This document shows, piece after piece, positions 21,601 to 35,000 of a stretch of DNA of 64,000 nt. Position 1 is the first letter of the stretch. Each line of letters begins with the position of its first letter. Source of the stretch: Halocafeteria seosinensis (Eukaryota); assembly GCA_001687465.1 (NCBI GenBank), contig LVLI01000326.1:1-64000 (forward strand), read 5' to 3'. Below the pieces are notes generated by a model that was not told the origin of the DNA, made no database searches, and was given only the letters and a program-made list of their open reading frames with translations. Both the position numbers and the translations under genes were made by a program.

Positions 21601-24600
21601 AAACGTCGCGAGTTCGGAACCCGTGACCACATGTAACAGAACATTCTGACCAAGATGATTCCAAAAATGCTGCTTGAGGCATTTCCTTTTCGTCACACGC
21701 CCTACCGATGCATACAGCTTCCGCTGAGGGCTTAGGGGACAAGCTACAAAGCAGCTCATCTACGATATCCCCCGACTTGTTGCTAACACAGAACACATCT
21801 CTCCGTTCGAATCCTGGACCGCACTGACTGCTACATTCCCTCCAAGCTGTGGTGACCCACTCAGCCTCTGGAAAGATGGCAAATTCAGATGATTTGATAG
21901 ACTGAAGTGGTATTGGAATACTAGAAAACGTGTCGAACTGGATAAAGTACCCATCACTATACGCGACTTCCCCGGGGATGTCTAGCACCTCATGCGTTTT
22001 GCTTTCATCAATCACCGCGAAACCGACTATTTCCTTTTTCCCTAATGTGTTTCTCAGGGAAAGTGAATAAGAAGGCGACACCTCTTTTGCTGCGGGACGT
22101 AAGCCAAACTCGACTCCACCGATTCTGCGAGTTTCAAAACGAGCTCCTTCGACGCCATAGGTGCTTCTCCATTTCCAACGGATAGGAATCTTTTGATCTG
22201 GACTGTAGTTTTCATTGCTTGGCTCCTCGACGCTCGTTATCCAGGTGACATTTTCGGAGTGCTTGTACACGCTTACAAACAGTTCAAAGCTCACGGAAAG
22301 CGATGCAGTAGACACATGTATCAAAAGTTGTTCTTCCGTTAAAGCCGTCTCCGACAGGGCGTTGGGAAGCATCGAGATCCAGTGGGTAGAAGACCTCTCG
22401 CTAGTGTGGAAATCGGATTCAACCGAGAGGCTTCGCTCTGAAATACTCTTTCCAGAGACTGGTATTACATCAGCCTCTGGAGGATTGTTGATGGAAGACT
22501 TCGTATCGCCAGCTAGTGAGTGCCCTCCCTCCATCGATGCTTGTATGGCCACTTTGGAAAGCGTGCCATCTTGAATGAGAACATGCAATGGTGCATTGAT
22601 ATCATATGCAACACCCAAGGAAGAAATGATGCTATCTCGCCGAAAATCAATAACGTGACGATAGGTCTCGAGGACCAAACCCATATTCTCTAGCAGAACG
22701 ATGTCCCTGCTGCATTGGTGCAGGTACGCGGCACTGCAAACCATTTTAGCACCTGCAATGGCGTCTTCATCATGTTCTAACGGAGAATAATGCTCCAATT
22801 CATCAAGTATCGCAGAACTGGGCGTGTTGTAAGCACAAATGGCAGACATCCTCTCCCAGTCAACTGAAGCGGTTTCAAAGTTACCAAACAGTGTCGACTT
22901 GAAGATTGATTCGACATCCGCTTCCGCACTTGCCTCGTCGACAACCTGCTTCCAGTTCCTCCCAAATACAGTGTGTAGAGTTCTCTCCCAGTCATTAGAG
23001 CCATCTGGTGAGCGCACCCATGCACGCCCTAGTTGGTCAAATATCTCCTGGTGAGTCATTCTGGACGGATCTCTGGAATTTCCTCCTGGAGTAGAAACAG
23101 CAGATTCAACACTACTCCGGGGACTACCAAGCAAGCCACCAGCCATGCCACTTTCGCTAGGAAAGACTGTTGTTACGGAAACTTGAAGCATCCCGCCGGT
23201 TACATAAGCAACCATAACAGAAGTACCGTCAATAAACCGGAGCTGGACATGATCTACACCGATGAAGATATGAGCTCTGCCAACTGTAGCCGAAGCCACA
23301 TGACTAACGCCATTGTATCCACTGAACGATAGGACGTAACCGTCAACTACACATTCTCCTCGAGACGTTACAACAATTGAAGGAAAGATGCTCGACGCAG
23401 ACAACTCAGGGCGACTTCGCAGTAATTCCGACGAGACACTCACGGCGTCAATGTATGCCACCTTAGAATCTTCCCATCTCTCCAAAAGCACATCGATGGT
23501 CAAGTTATAACGGCCATCCGAGTAAAGCAGATGTGGTCCCAAGCCCATGTACTGAAAGTGCGTCCCTGCAAATGTTTGAAAGTGACACAGGCCCCATGCT
23601 TGGGCAGTTGCGTAAGTTACGGGTGTAGGAGATACGAAAAGGTCGACTTCGTCCGTTGTTACAACCACTCCAATGCTAGCACTATCAGTAAAATATTTAA
23701 CGCGATAGTTGCTGGAATCCCATTGAGTAACAATGCCTCGCGGCAACTCGTAGGCTTTCGGAACGATAGCTTCCACTGTTGCATTAACTCTTAGTATTGT
23801 TAACCCAGTTGCACCGCGATGAGGTAGTACAACCAATTTTTGGGAACCACCTACCTCCCGTATCTGAGTACTCGCCCTTGATATTTTCTTTTCGTCCGTT
23901 AGACCGTAATCAAAACTAACCGAAAGCAATCTGATAGGCGAGTTATGCTCGACTTCAAGTGGTATCGTTGATACACCCTTCGACGACAGTCGGATTTCAG
24001 AAGGAAGGTCAACCCTGCTGGTGAATTGCGTTGATGGGGTAGAGGGTGCTGGTGACCTCAATGGCGCAGGGAGAGGTGACGAAGAGTTCGCGTCAACCAG
24101 ATGAATCTTTTTCTCTATAATGTCAGATCCCTGGAAAGAGGGATGGGTAGCATAGGTATCGATGGCATATTTGCCCGCCTTGGTCAACCTCTGTGGGGAA
24201 GTATAAGGGAAGAACTCGGTTTCGCCTGGGCGGACACGTACCATTATGAGTGCGTCCTTCAAGTCGTGCTCCAAAGCAACAACAACAGGCCTGTCGTCTT
24301 CATAGTACACATTCTGGGTGGGGCTTAAAATTCTAGGAACCTGCAAATGCGGTATCTGCGGTGAATTATCGATGGGAACATCGAGAATCCAATCTTCTTT
24401 GCATTGCTCATCCCAATGAGACCGTCCATATCCCTGACAGTATGCGGTGATGTTTTCTAAGCACCTATCGGACGGCTCACTTCCGATGCACGTTGCACAG
24501 AACCCTTCCAAATGCTCCAAAGAGGAATCTGTTTCGTTATTGGGGCTTCGCGCGAGACAAAGGCTTTCCCTGTCGGTGCGGTGTACCTCGCAGTGGGAGG

Positions 24601-25673
24601 TGCCTGTGAGCGGTTCTCGCGGACATTCCTCATCAGTCGTGCATAGTTGGGTACAAACGCGCCTTTCCCAATCACAAATCCCACTGGAACATTGTAGGTC
24701 GCTATCGCAACAATCCCCAAAATCTTGCTTCGCAGAAACAGCATCTCGGGGAACACACTCCTCCGAAGGCGATTGGTACACGGAATAGTCTAAGCTACAG
24801 TTGGAGCACGGATTTCCTTCTATGCTGCTATCAAAAGGACACCCACCTAAGCAATCGTATGGGCAAAGCTCAACATTTTCTCGGTCCTCACAAATACCAT
24901 TAAAATTGCACACTTGCAATAAGCATTGCTCATTGTGCACTGTCCCGCTTGTCTCAGGGTGGACTTCTTCTATGATGGTCCTTACTGATTCACTTTCACA
25001 CTTTTGATCCGTCTGCAGATTATCAGCGCAATGCTGGACTATGTTCTCCTTGCAAGAATGAGACAGTCCTTGGCCAAGACATCTGACGCAAAAGCCTCTA
25101 AGATCCGAAGTTGCAGTGATGCGGCTGCGGGCGTCACAAACCCCTTCGGAATGATTACTTTCAATGATGCAGGAGGGTGCCAGTCCGGTAGCCTCATTGA
25201 TAGGGCAGTCGTTGTCCGACCTGCAACCCACCGAACACGTTCGTTGTTTCCTATAGCAGAAGCCTGCAGCCGGCCAAAGCAGCACTACCGGTAATACGGG
25301 TACAACCTTATCGAACTGGATGCGAATTTAAAGACTCACCTGGGTTACCACATTGCTCATCAATATCGCAGCAGTCACCAAACTTCCCATCCTTTGGCGG
25401 ACCCATACAGTCCTCGGTCGGTTCTCTGTAGTCGAAGCAAGGGCTAAACGGGGTACATGGCGAGTTTTTCCCCTCCCCAAAAGGACATCCCAAGTAAGAT
25501 TCTTCGAGCCCAGTAGACTCGTCAATGGACTCCCATGGAGGTGGTGAGGTCTGTGGTTCCCAAAATGTTTCCGTTGCACGCACGGTTCTGTCGGACAAGG
25601 TTGGCACTAAGCACCCCACTGCGAGCAGACAACGAGCGAGTGCTCGGCGCTTACACGTGTTCCTCCAGCTCAT
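18620..25673 (-). CDS. Paralog of the 8432-15115 TSP1/VWD/EGF membrane protein; exons 25673-25340, 25263-18620 (~2,325 aa)
   Basis: Signal-like MSWRNTCKRRALARCLLAVGCLVPTLS start. The 76-nt intron (25264-25339) has the same position and phase (G|GFCY) as in the paralog. Domain order is the same, with 5 TSP1 units, AWGLCHFQTFAG and TM VIVLVSISGFVAAICLLLALYLW. Confidence 0.88.
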
Positions 25674-26386
25674 TCTGCGTCAGGACAGAAATTGCACTCA
25701 AAATGACAGTTCCAGGATATTACCAGTGTACGGGACCGAGAATTATCTCGATTGACTCTCTCCGAAAGAGTCAACATGGAGCGACGAAGGGAAGGGTATT
25801 TGGTCCTTCCTCGTCCTCCCTGAGGGGTCGTCTTCTTTGAACACCACGCTGGAAGCCAAGGTGGCCCCATTCCCTTCCGTGTCGACGAGATTAGGACGAT
25901 GCAGAGAGTGTATGGGAAAAGGAGAATCCAAAGCAAGCACTCACATGTGGAATGGTCAGCGAGATTTTCCTCCATGAATGGAGTGTTCTTAGCGTAGCGA
26001 CCTGACCTGGCTTCGACAGAAGAGCCGTTGCGCATCCAACACTACACCACCTAACACACCGAGGCGCTCAGAGTCCATGACGGCATCTCTCATGCCATGC
26101 GTTTAAAGCGACAACGACATAGACAATCCCTGTTCGACGTGATATGCACAGTGTTGTAGCAGTGCCAGCGCATTCTCTGTGTTGGACACCGTGTCAAGTG
26201 GCGCAGCTGTGAGTCATGTCTCATTGGGTGCAAATGACGTATCCAACAGAGGGTGACCGAGATGAAAATCATTCGGTCTGTTCATACCCCACAACGGTCA
26301 AGAAGTGCAGGCCACCAATGGCAAACAAGGTACAAAATCCAAAATTAAATTTCTGTCCGCAATTTGTTAGTTAAGAATGGATACGT

Positions 26387-28562
26387 CTAAAGATCTACAC
26401 CTTCACTAGATTCTTTATACACAGCAGCTCCGTTTGAGGGAGCTGACACGAAGAGGCAATTTGCCGTGTCTTCTATGCCCTTACGCTGGAAATATTCTGT
26501 TTTGAGAGCATCTAGCACCTGCGGATGATTAGATTCGGTGCACATTGCAATGATACAGCCTCCCCATCCGGCGCCTGTAAGACGAGCACCAATGGCTCCG
26601 TTACTCTTAGCAATATTAACTAATTCATCCAACTCTTCTACCGAGCACTCATAGTCGTCTCGGCAAGAAGCATGGCTCGCATCCATTAATTCTCCAAGTC
26701 GCTGCAGAACGTCCTCACCGCCCTGACGCGCAATACGTTCAAAATCAAGAACACGCTGTGCCTCACGAAGAATATGTCTCAGACGCTTATGCAGGGCAAA
26801 CTCTGCAGCGTCCATTCCAACTGAGTTTAACACCTCCTCAACCTTATCTTTTTGTGGGTCATCGGCAAAAAGCTCTTCCGGAGAGCATCCAAACTCCTTT
26901 TCTAACCCTGCTCTGGAGTACGGAGTTTCCGACAAGTGCCGCAGAAATATCTCCAAATCCTTTGGACTACCAATTGAAAACAGTTTCTGCAACGCGTACA
27001 CAGTCTTGACGTTTTTCCAGGTATCTTTCCCCTCCTTCTTGGCCACCAATTTGGCTGCTAACTTTCCTTCTGTTACACGACGGTTATATCTTTGCGCCGC
27101 GTCGACTGCTTTCGCTGACTTGACCATGCTGTTCGCAATGATAAACCGTACGTTGCTAGGCAGAGGCACAGGGGTGCTGGATAGCTGTGGAACGAAATCG
27201 ATCCGAGCAGCTTTTCCGTTCTCGGCCATGGCAGAAATAGCTTGGTCCATTCCTCCTCCCATCATGCCAACACCAGTCTCGGCGTGCCAGGCAATCTTTC
27301 CTAGCTGCTGTCTGGTCAATGTATCATCATGTGCATACGCTGCAGCAAGAACAGATGCGACTACAAGGGCGCTAGAGCTACTGACGCCTCCTGCTGGCGG
27401 TACAGTTCCGTCCACCATTAATTTGAGAGATTTAGGAGATTTTCCTTCACCCATGTGCTTCAAATACCCTCGGTACCCAACTTGCAGATACTGATACCAT
27501 TTCAACCCACCATTAGTGTCTATAGAGGATTCAGAATCGGCGGGAAATGAGCCTGCTTCAAATTCGGTATTTGTGTTTCTTGCCTCCACATCTCCACCAT
27601 CTCCAACAGAAACAGCAATAACAACGTCTTGACGGAGAGCAAACGGAATAACTGAGTACATATGATAGTCGATATGCTCCCCAATTATGTTTGCTCGCCC
27701 GGGAGCATGCACATAGAAATCAGGACTGGAGTCAAATGCATCATTGAAAACCTTCTCCAATTTGTCAAATCTTGTCGCAGCTTCAGTGGCCACCTCGCCA
27801 TACAAAGAGACTAGATCCTCAAACACGGGAACAGGAGTAGTATCTTCCTGCGCCCCCGAGCCAGATTCCTTCGCGGTCGACGAGGCAGATTGAGGGGTTA
27901 CATTTTTGAAGAGCTCACCATTGTTCGAAGCAGCTTTCTGGAACTCTTTTCTGAAAGACTCTGCTGTTTCTTCCTCTTTCACTTTGAGCATAAAGGTCCA
28001 AACTTCGGGTTCCGAATCTGAAAAATCTTTGCAGCTCCACAGGGTAAGTCTGCCATCTTGCTCATGAGGTTTCTGCGCGAGCACAATACTAGATAACCAA
28101 GATACGGCCCTCATCACCAACATGTTGGTGCAACAACTTACGATGTCGATATCAGGCATGGGGTAAAAGTTTGCCCTCAGTTTGAAATTCCCTTGCTGAA
28201 AGAGCACGAAGCGAATTTTTTTCGATTTCGGGTCTTGGCTCAGTTTGACGTCTCCGAGCCCTCTTTCCTTCCATTCTCCTTCGGCTAGACGATAAAGCTT
28301 CCCACGGCTGCAAATAACAACATAAAGGAGCAATAGTGCATACAATGGCGCCAAATCCGGGCATCCGGAGTCAGATTTTCCTCTTGCTTTTATTTGCCTC
28401 CCCCACTTACACTTTGAACAGCACATCCTCTTCTTCTTCGAGAGACTTAGTTGGAGCAGCGTCGGAGAGGGAAACCTCTGGTAATTTAAGCTTGGATTCA
28501 TCTACGGCAGCCTCTTCTTCAGCGTGGGCTTGCGCTGAGGGCTCCTGGTCAGGGGAAGACAT
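26387..28562 (-). CDS. Ran-binding domain (RanBP1-type) fused to galactokinase/GalNAc kinase (GHMP family); exons 28562-28411, 28307-28142, 28072-26387 (~667 aa)
   Basis: The spliced N-terminus EEEEDVLFKVRGKLYRLAEGEWKERGLGDVKL...IRFVL...KLRANF...LWSCKDFSD is a RanBD. It continues in frame into APGRANIIGEHIDY, VPPAGGVSSSSAL, GGMDQ and GARLTGAGWGGC (galactokinase signatures). Introns 28308-28410 and 28073-28141 are GTAAGT...CAG. Confidence 0.9.
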
Positions 28563-29073
28563 TGTCCAATATCTACTCTTTCGCTACGAAATGCGCCAAA
28601 CAGTGTAATACAGAAGAGACGGTGAGAAAACCGCTTTCGGACAAGGTACACGAAAGAGTGCAAACAAGCAAGCAATGCAATGTAAACGGACGAAAAGAAT
28701 CCTTGAAATTGAACAATTCCTTTCTCCTGGGTGTTCTTTTATTCTTTCAGAAGCAGACAAACATTTCGTCTACTTGGAACTGAGATTCTTCAAAACGTCC
28801 AACATCTCAAATCAAAATCGGCGGAAGTTTGCTTAAAAAGAATTATATGATTTTTATTAACGGATAGAAAGTAAATAACTGATACAACTTGAGAGTTCCC
28901 TGGAATTCCCAAAAGAAATGGAACCTACAACGTCAAACTCAGAATGGCAAGTTATGCTTGTGTGCAAAATTGTAGTCCACAACCATGAAAAGCTACATAA
29001 TTAATTGCATTGCATTCTATTAATGTTGCTTAGAAAAAATGCTTACGATACTCGCATGGTGTACAGTACTTCT

Positions 29074-32000
29074 TCAACTGGGTTCCTCGAGTTCTTCGAA
29101 CCAATATTTCCACCAGCTTTGTTGATGTCTCGCAACTCTTGCTTCCTGGTCTTCAGTATCGGTAGGTCCTGAACTCTCCGGCTCAATTTCGAGGTGAATC
29201 TTCTGGTTTTCAGGGGGCATTAATAGAATTTTATCCGCCGAGTCCGAGAAGGAGAAGTGCTCTACTTGAAAACGAAGACGGCGCCTCTCTAGGGAGCTGG
29301 TTTTCAAATGCACGGTAAACACTTTATGACTTTCGCCTTCCTCCCATTTGAGGACCCTATCTACCGGAACGAAATCAATTCCTCCAATGGCAGAGTCACT
29401 CTTCGCCTTCACTTTGGTGTACACTTGTCCGTTTGGTAAGGAGCCATTATTACATCGACGCTTCAACACAACGCCAACGGAAGAAGCAGAAACTGAAATG
29501 CGGTACCTGCTTCTTTCGAAGCTGACAATCTGCTTCTGTATTTCGGGCCGAGAGCACATGGGCACTTTGGGAGAAATCGATGCTCGAAGTTTGTCGACGC
29601 TGCTGTTCAACTCTTTTGTTCTGTTGACCGTAAGCCACATGTCATTTCGTGTGGATTCAATTTCAGCTCTCGTTCTTCGGATTTTCCCCCTAGTTTCTGT
29701 CGATTCCTCATGCAACTTCTTTCTTCTTTTAGTGATGCTGTTAAGTTGTTGACGTAATTCAGCGTTCTTGGCTTTAACTTCAGGGATTCTGGCGTTCGTC
29801 TCCGCTATCTTTTGTTCTAATTCACTGGTTCGCGCTCGAGTGCTCTCTAAGGTTCTCGTGGTGTTAGCAATCAACTCTCGAGACAGCTCAATTCGATACC
29901 GGAGGTAATCATTATGGGCTTCCATTGCAAGTGTCTTGTTTAGCAGTTCTTCTTTCGTGCCGATTTTGCAAGTACCATTATCAACTTCAGCAGTAATATC
30001 ATAATTCAGACCAGCAAGGTAAGCACATCCTTCCGGAGGATTCGCGTATTCGCAGATACCTCCCGCAACGTTAATGTCGGCGGTAGCATTATAGTTTAAG
30101 GCATCCCGACACATGCATCCTTCGGTTAACCCAGGAGGCAAGGCACAAGTGCCATCATTTACCGTCGCTTCTGGTTGGTAATTCTGCATCAAGCTCAGTG
30201 GTAACGGTGTCACAGCGAAAACAAGCATACTTATCTATGTTAACATACCTGCGCCATCGTGTAAGTACACCCTCGTATACGGAAATCGCAAGAGCCATCA
30301 TCCCAATTAGCAAATGGATTATAATTAGCTGCCACTTCTGTTGTGCATCCAAACACGAGTGGGAAGCCAATTACAGATGGTGCTGTATCACCCTTACAGG
30401 CTTTCACAGCGGAAGATGTAAAGCCCGCAATCACACCTCCTTCAATTATAATTTTGCTATGACACAGCGTCGTTTGATTTGGGAATATACCTTTCCCTCC
30501 CCGAAGAAAATGTATGTTCAGACCCTTCAGTGTCATTGGGCTGGATCGGATTGTCTCCCATGCCCACTGTTGTACTATGCCTGCTCCCAGCTGTTGAATG
30601 CGGTGCTTTGACCCGTGTTTAGGAGTGACAAACTTCTCAACTGAGAAAATACTTTGAATATTATATGAGACAGCTACAGCACCACTGTCATCCCCATCCA
30701 TTTCGAAAACGTACAAAATGGAATTTCTTGCAGTGTCCAGAGGTTTCCGAATCTCCAGTGCCGCTCCGTTATTCACGCTAATCCGATCAAGGGATATTTC
30801 GCTTTGGTTAATGAGCACAACGCCGTGAGACGGAGACCAGCTGTGCACGCTACGACTCAGAAAATCTGTCTCATTCATCGATATGTAATGTAGAGTACCG
30901 TTTCCAAATTCCCAGAAGGAAACGTCAGGATCTTCGAATTGCAGGTCTGTCCCATTCATACCTCCGTCTGCACAAAGTTCAGACAATTTGCTTAAGCCTA
31001 CTTCTAGGTACACAGTTCCAGGGCCAGAACGCAGACCGTGTTTCAGACCGTGACGTCCTCCAAAAGCTTCAAGACGCAAAAGGGAAGGTTTCCTATTCGT
31101 GTACGTTCCGCTCGCGTTGCTCAAGTAGTCAAAATACAAGGCCATACGGCCACCACCCCCGCCAAAACCGTTGCCTTGACCATTTCCACCATTCACTTTC
31201 AAACATCCAATGGCGTCTTGGAGATGCATGGTTTCTAAGAGGATGCTGCCTCCGGACGCTCCGCCTGTGTCCATGTACTCCCTGCAAAAAGCCGGTTTGT
31301 ATTTTAGCATACCCACCATCTAGAGCACAGTATGCTGTGGACTCCCCACACCATGAATCACTTACCAGATTACAAAAGTATTGTTAACTGTATCTACAGA
31401 GGAGTTCACCGGATTAGACGCGTTCTCGAGAGCGGAAGCATTACCGGAAAAGGTGCCAGAATGTGTTCCATTAAGACCAAGCGTTCCATTTGCAGCGGTT
31501 GTTTCATTCGGGTGTATAACCTTGGCAATTATTGGTACATTCACTCCGGCGTTTCCTGAAACATCTATGGTCCCATGGAGCAGTGTTCTGTTGAGAATAT
31601 TCAGCTGCAAACTGGCGCCGCCGCTGGCGCCCTCAATAGCACCGCTGGGATCACAGCTTCCGCTTCCCGGTAAAATCGGTCTAAACGTATCGTCATACGC
31701 AGTGTCATTACCCTGCGTATTATACGGATGTATACTATCCAGAAACACACGACCAATTCCTCCATGATCTGATCCGAGGTGGCGCCCAGTAGGAGTGCCA
31801 GGCCCATCGCAGTTCCAAAACCCTCGGCCTTTGCCATCTATCGTACCATCATGATCGACAAAGAGCGAATTTGCCAAAATATGGGTAGTGCTTCCTGTTC
31901 TAAGTGTTGCGTTGTTGTGAATGGCCAATCCATCCTCAACTATGACATTGAATTGGTCACCCATCTCCAATTTCGAGGCATCCGCCAACTCAATGCTTCC

Positions 32001-35000
32001 CGCTTGCAAAGTGCCAAAGCTCATGCCTCCGAAGACAAGTGCACTATGTCCACGCAGCTGTAAGCGCTGCCACGCACCTTGCACATCTTGCGACTCAATG
32101 GAAGTGACGCTGCCATTTTCCAGTGTCATTTCACCGACATCCAGTTCCGCAGATTGAGACGCTGATACGTTCAGCGTCCCATCACCAAGGGAGAAGAAAG
32201 ACATCACCTGTATGTCAAGAGTGCCGTACGAAAACAAGCTGAGACTGGAGTTTCCTTCGACAATTGTATTTGCTAGGTGTATCGAAAGTTGGTTGTCCCC
32301 ATTCACGGCCATGACCGCGTCCTCAGAAAGCCTCAAAGATGATATCCTCTGGGTGTTTGTGTCAATGTACAGCTGGCTGCGGCCTTTCAAGTGCAAAAAG
32401 TGCATATCTAGCCACTGGCCACGAACAGTCCACACCACATCATCCAGCTCTACATACTCCGCCGTGACAATGGAAGCCCCTTTCTCAACTTCCAAACCAA
32501 CGCGACTAGACACGAGTACTGTATCGCTTGTGTTATAGACTATTTTTTCGAAATTGGCGGAAAAAGAGCTCGACGACTGTCGCTGTACGTTCACACCACT
32601 CACACCATGTTCGTTGGCCGCCTCTCCTTTGAAACTGGAAGACTGCTGAGCATAAACGAAATTAAAGCCCAACAACGCAGATTGGCCATCGACAATACGG
32701 AGTGTTCCAGTAGCGTCGCCATCAAGGGCCCCGATCAGGATCACACTTTTCTCGGGAGCCAAGATACCGGGAGCCCAGGACAGGCTGGCGAAGTTATTTA
32801 GTGATATGCTGTCGAAGGATAGAGTAGATGTGTTGTCGACAAGCACAGTCTCCCCGCTTTGGGTTGTCGTCTTGTTGTTGCTCACTGTCAGGCGGTTGAG
32901 CCGTTGGGCTCCCCACTCTTCATAGCACGTCCCCGCAGCGGACCGCCTGCCAACGCTTCCACCCAACAGTCCTCCATGTGCATCGCACCATATGTTGCTT
33001 GGAGGATTCTCATCTTTAGTGTGAATTGCCACTCGGCCACCACTTCCTCCGAATCCTTCGCGTTCACCGCCATCGCCCCCATTTGCCTTCAGCAGTCCTT
33101 TGGTTCCAGTTAAGGAGTAAGAACTAAGAAAGATGCTTCCACCAGCACCGCCTCCGCTTCTGCACAACGCCACCCGGAGGGTTACAAGTGTAAGAGGTGT
33201 AAACCACAAATATCAGGGCTTTACTTACCCAGCACGAAAAGCTTTATAGCCGCTTACGTCAATTGTACCTGAAATGAATGAGTTCTGCAAGACACTCAGA
33301 GTAATGGAGCTACCTCCGCGACCTCCATGGCTGTTACAGCCGCCGCTCCCTAAGTATGACGGACTTTGGAAATTTCCATTCACCAGATTAGACCGCAATC
33401 TCTTCCCGGTATCCAGCGTACCGACTCCACCGTGGTAGCCTCCGTCTCCATCGTGAAGAGGAGCACCAGGGCCTTCGCAGGACCAATGCCCGCCACCGAT
33501 ACCGTCAATCAGGGCATGGGGATCGATGTGGAGCTCCTTACTCTGGATGGAGGAACTACCCATTAGGCGAAGGACAGACGAGTCCTTGAATACCGTCGCT
33601 TCGCTTATGTTGCAAAAGGAATCGTCCATAACCGATAAATAACCTTTTTCAGACAAATGGAGGATGCTCGCTTCGATCCGACATGCCTTCTTAGGTGAGT
33701 ACAAGGCCATATCCGATTTCCCCATGATTGAAACGTTTGAGACATGAATGTCAACGTTATCATGAGAGTGCAACAGCAATGACGGTTTCTCATCCAAGAG
33801 TATCTTACCAACTGAGTTCTGCAATTGCTGCTTTGCATGTATTTCCGATGTTGCGCTACCGAACATAGTTAAAGAACCCGATTTTAGTGTGACGGAGCTG
33901 TCTCCATTGATCGAAAACCTCGATTGTCTACCGAGGAATATATCGGATATCGAGCAGCTTAGGTCACTTTCGGCGACTATCGAGAACATTGAGTTGTCAT
34001 ATAGCGTCAGACTGTTGTTTAAGTCTACTCTTGCAGTACACGAGCTCGATAACCTCATACTGGAGCATCCCTCAAGTTTTAAACCGGTAAAGTCGAGGTG
34101 AACAGTACTGAGTCGACATGGCTGGCTAATTTCTGCATCCGTACCACGCAGAGATAAATGCGGAGATCCTTTCCACATGCCTTGGAATGAAATTGAGGAT
34201 GTCTCGAAGAAGACCTCAGGGGAACTGATTACAGTAACGCTCTCGTCAACGACAAAGCTCAGATTCCTCATATAAACACGATCAGACAGGGCATGCTTCC
34301 ACAGCAACAAATTCTTGGAAGAATCAACGTTCGACTGGAATCGATTTACACTCTCAGCTGTCTCAACGGACTCCGATGAAATACTTGTCACCGAAGTAGA
34401 ACCCAATAGCAATGTCTGAGAGTTATGCACACTTAGCTTTCCACCCGTATGGCTGCTTATAGTGCCAATACCAAGAACACCTTGATGATCGTCTGTCTCT
34501 CGTGGAACCCATCTGAATCCTGCACCGTTTGAGAGTTTCATGCGATCGAACATCAACGTAGACGGAGAGTCTACTGCAACGGCTTCTGGTCTGGAAGGCA
34601 TCCTATGTCCACCAGCATTGGCAACCAGTTCAACATGGGAGGAGTTACCATAGCTATACACAATTGTCCCTGGGCCAGAGCGGTACGCCGACCTCTCTGA
34701 ACCTCTGAATCCACCTTCATTTATTAGCGACATTGTTGACTGGGGATCAACCATTGTGTTGAGGGAGTCTGTGAAAAACAAACTTATGCGTCCACCACCT
34801 CCACCATAAGCATCCCTCATGTCGCTCTTTGGTGCTTTAGCTCCGTTGCCGCCACTGGCTAGCAGCGTGCCAGTGCTCTTCATGATCGTTTTTGCGGCAA
34901 TCCAAATGGAGCCGCCTGCTCCACCTCCGGCTCTGCAGTTGTCCGGAATGTGAGGGTGATACATATTTGTATATGTACCCAGATATGCAAACAAGTTGAA

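Noticed and set aside
25670..26272. Short ORFs upstream of the second TSP1 gene
   Set aside because: No recognisable motifs or convincing splice links; probably intergenic or UTR.
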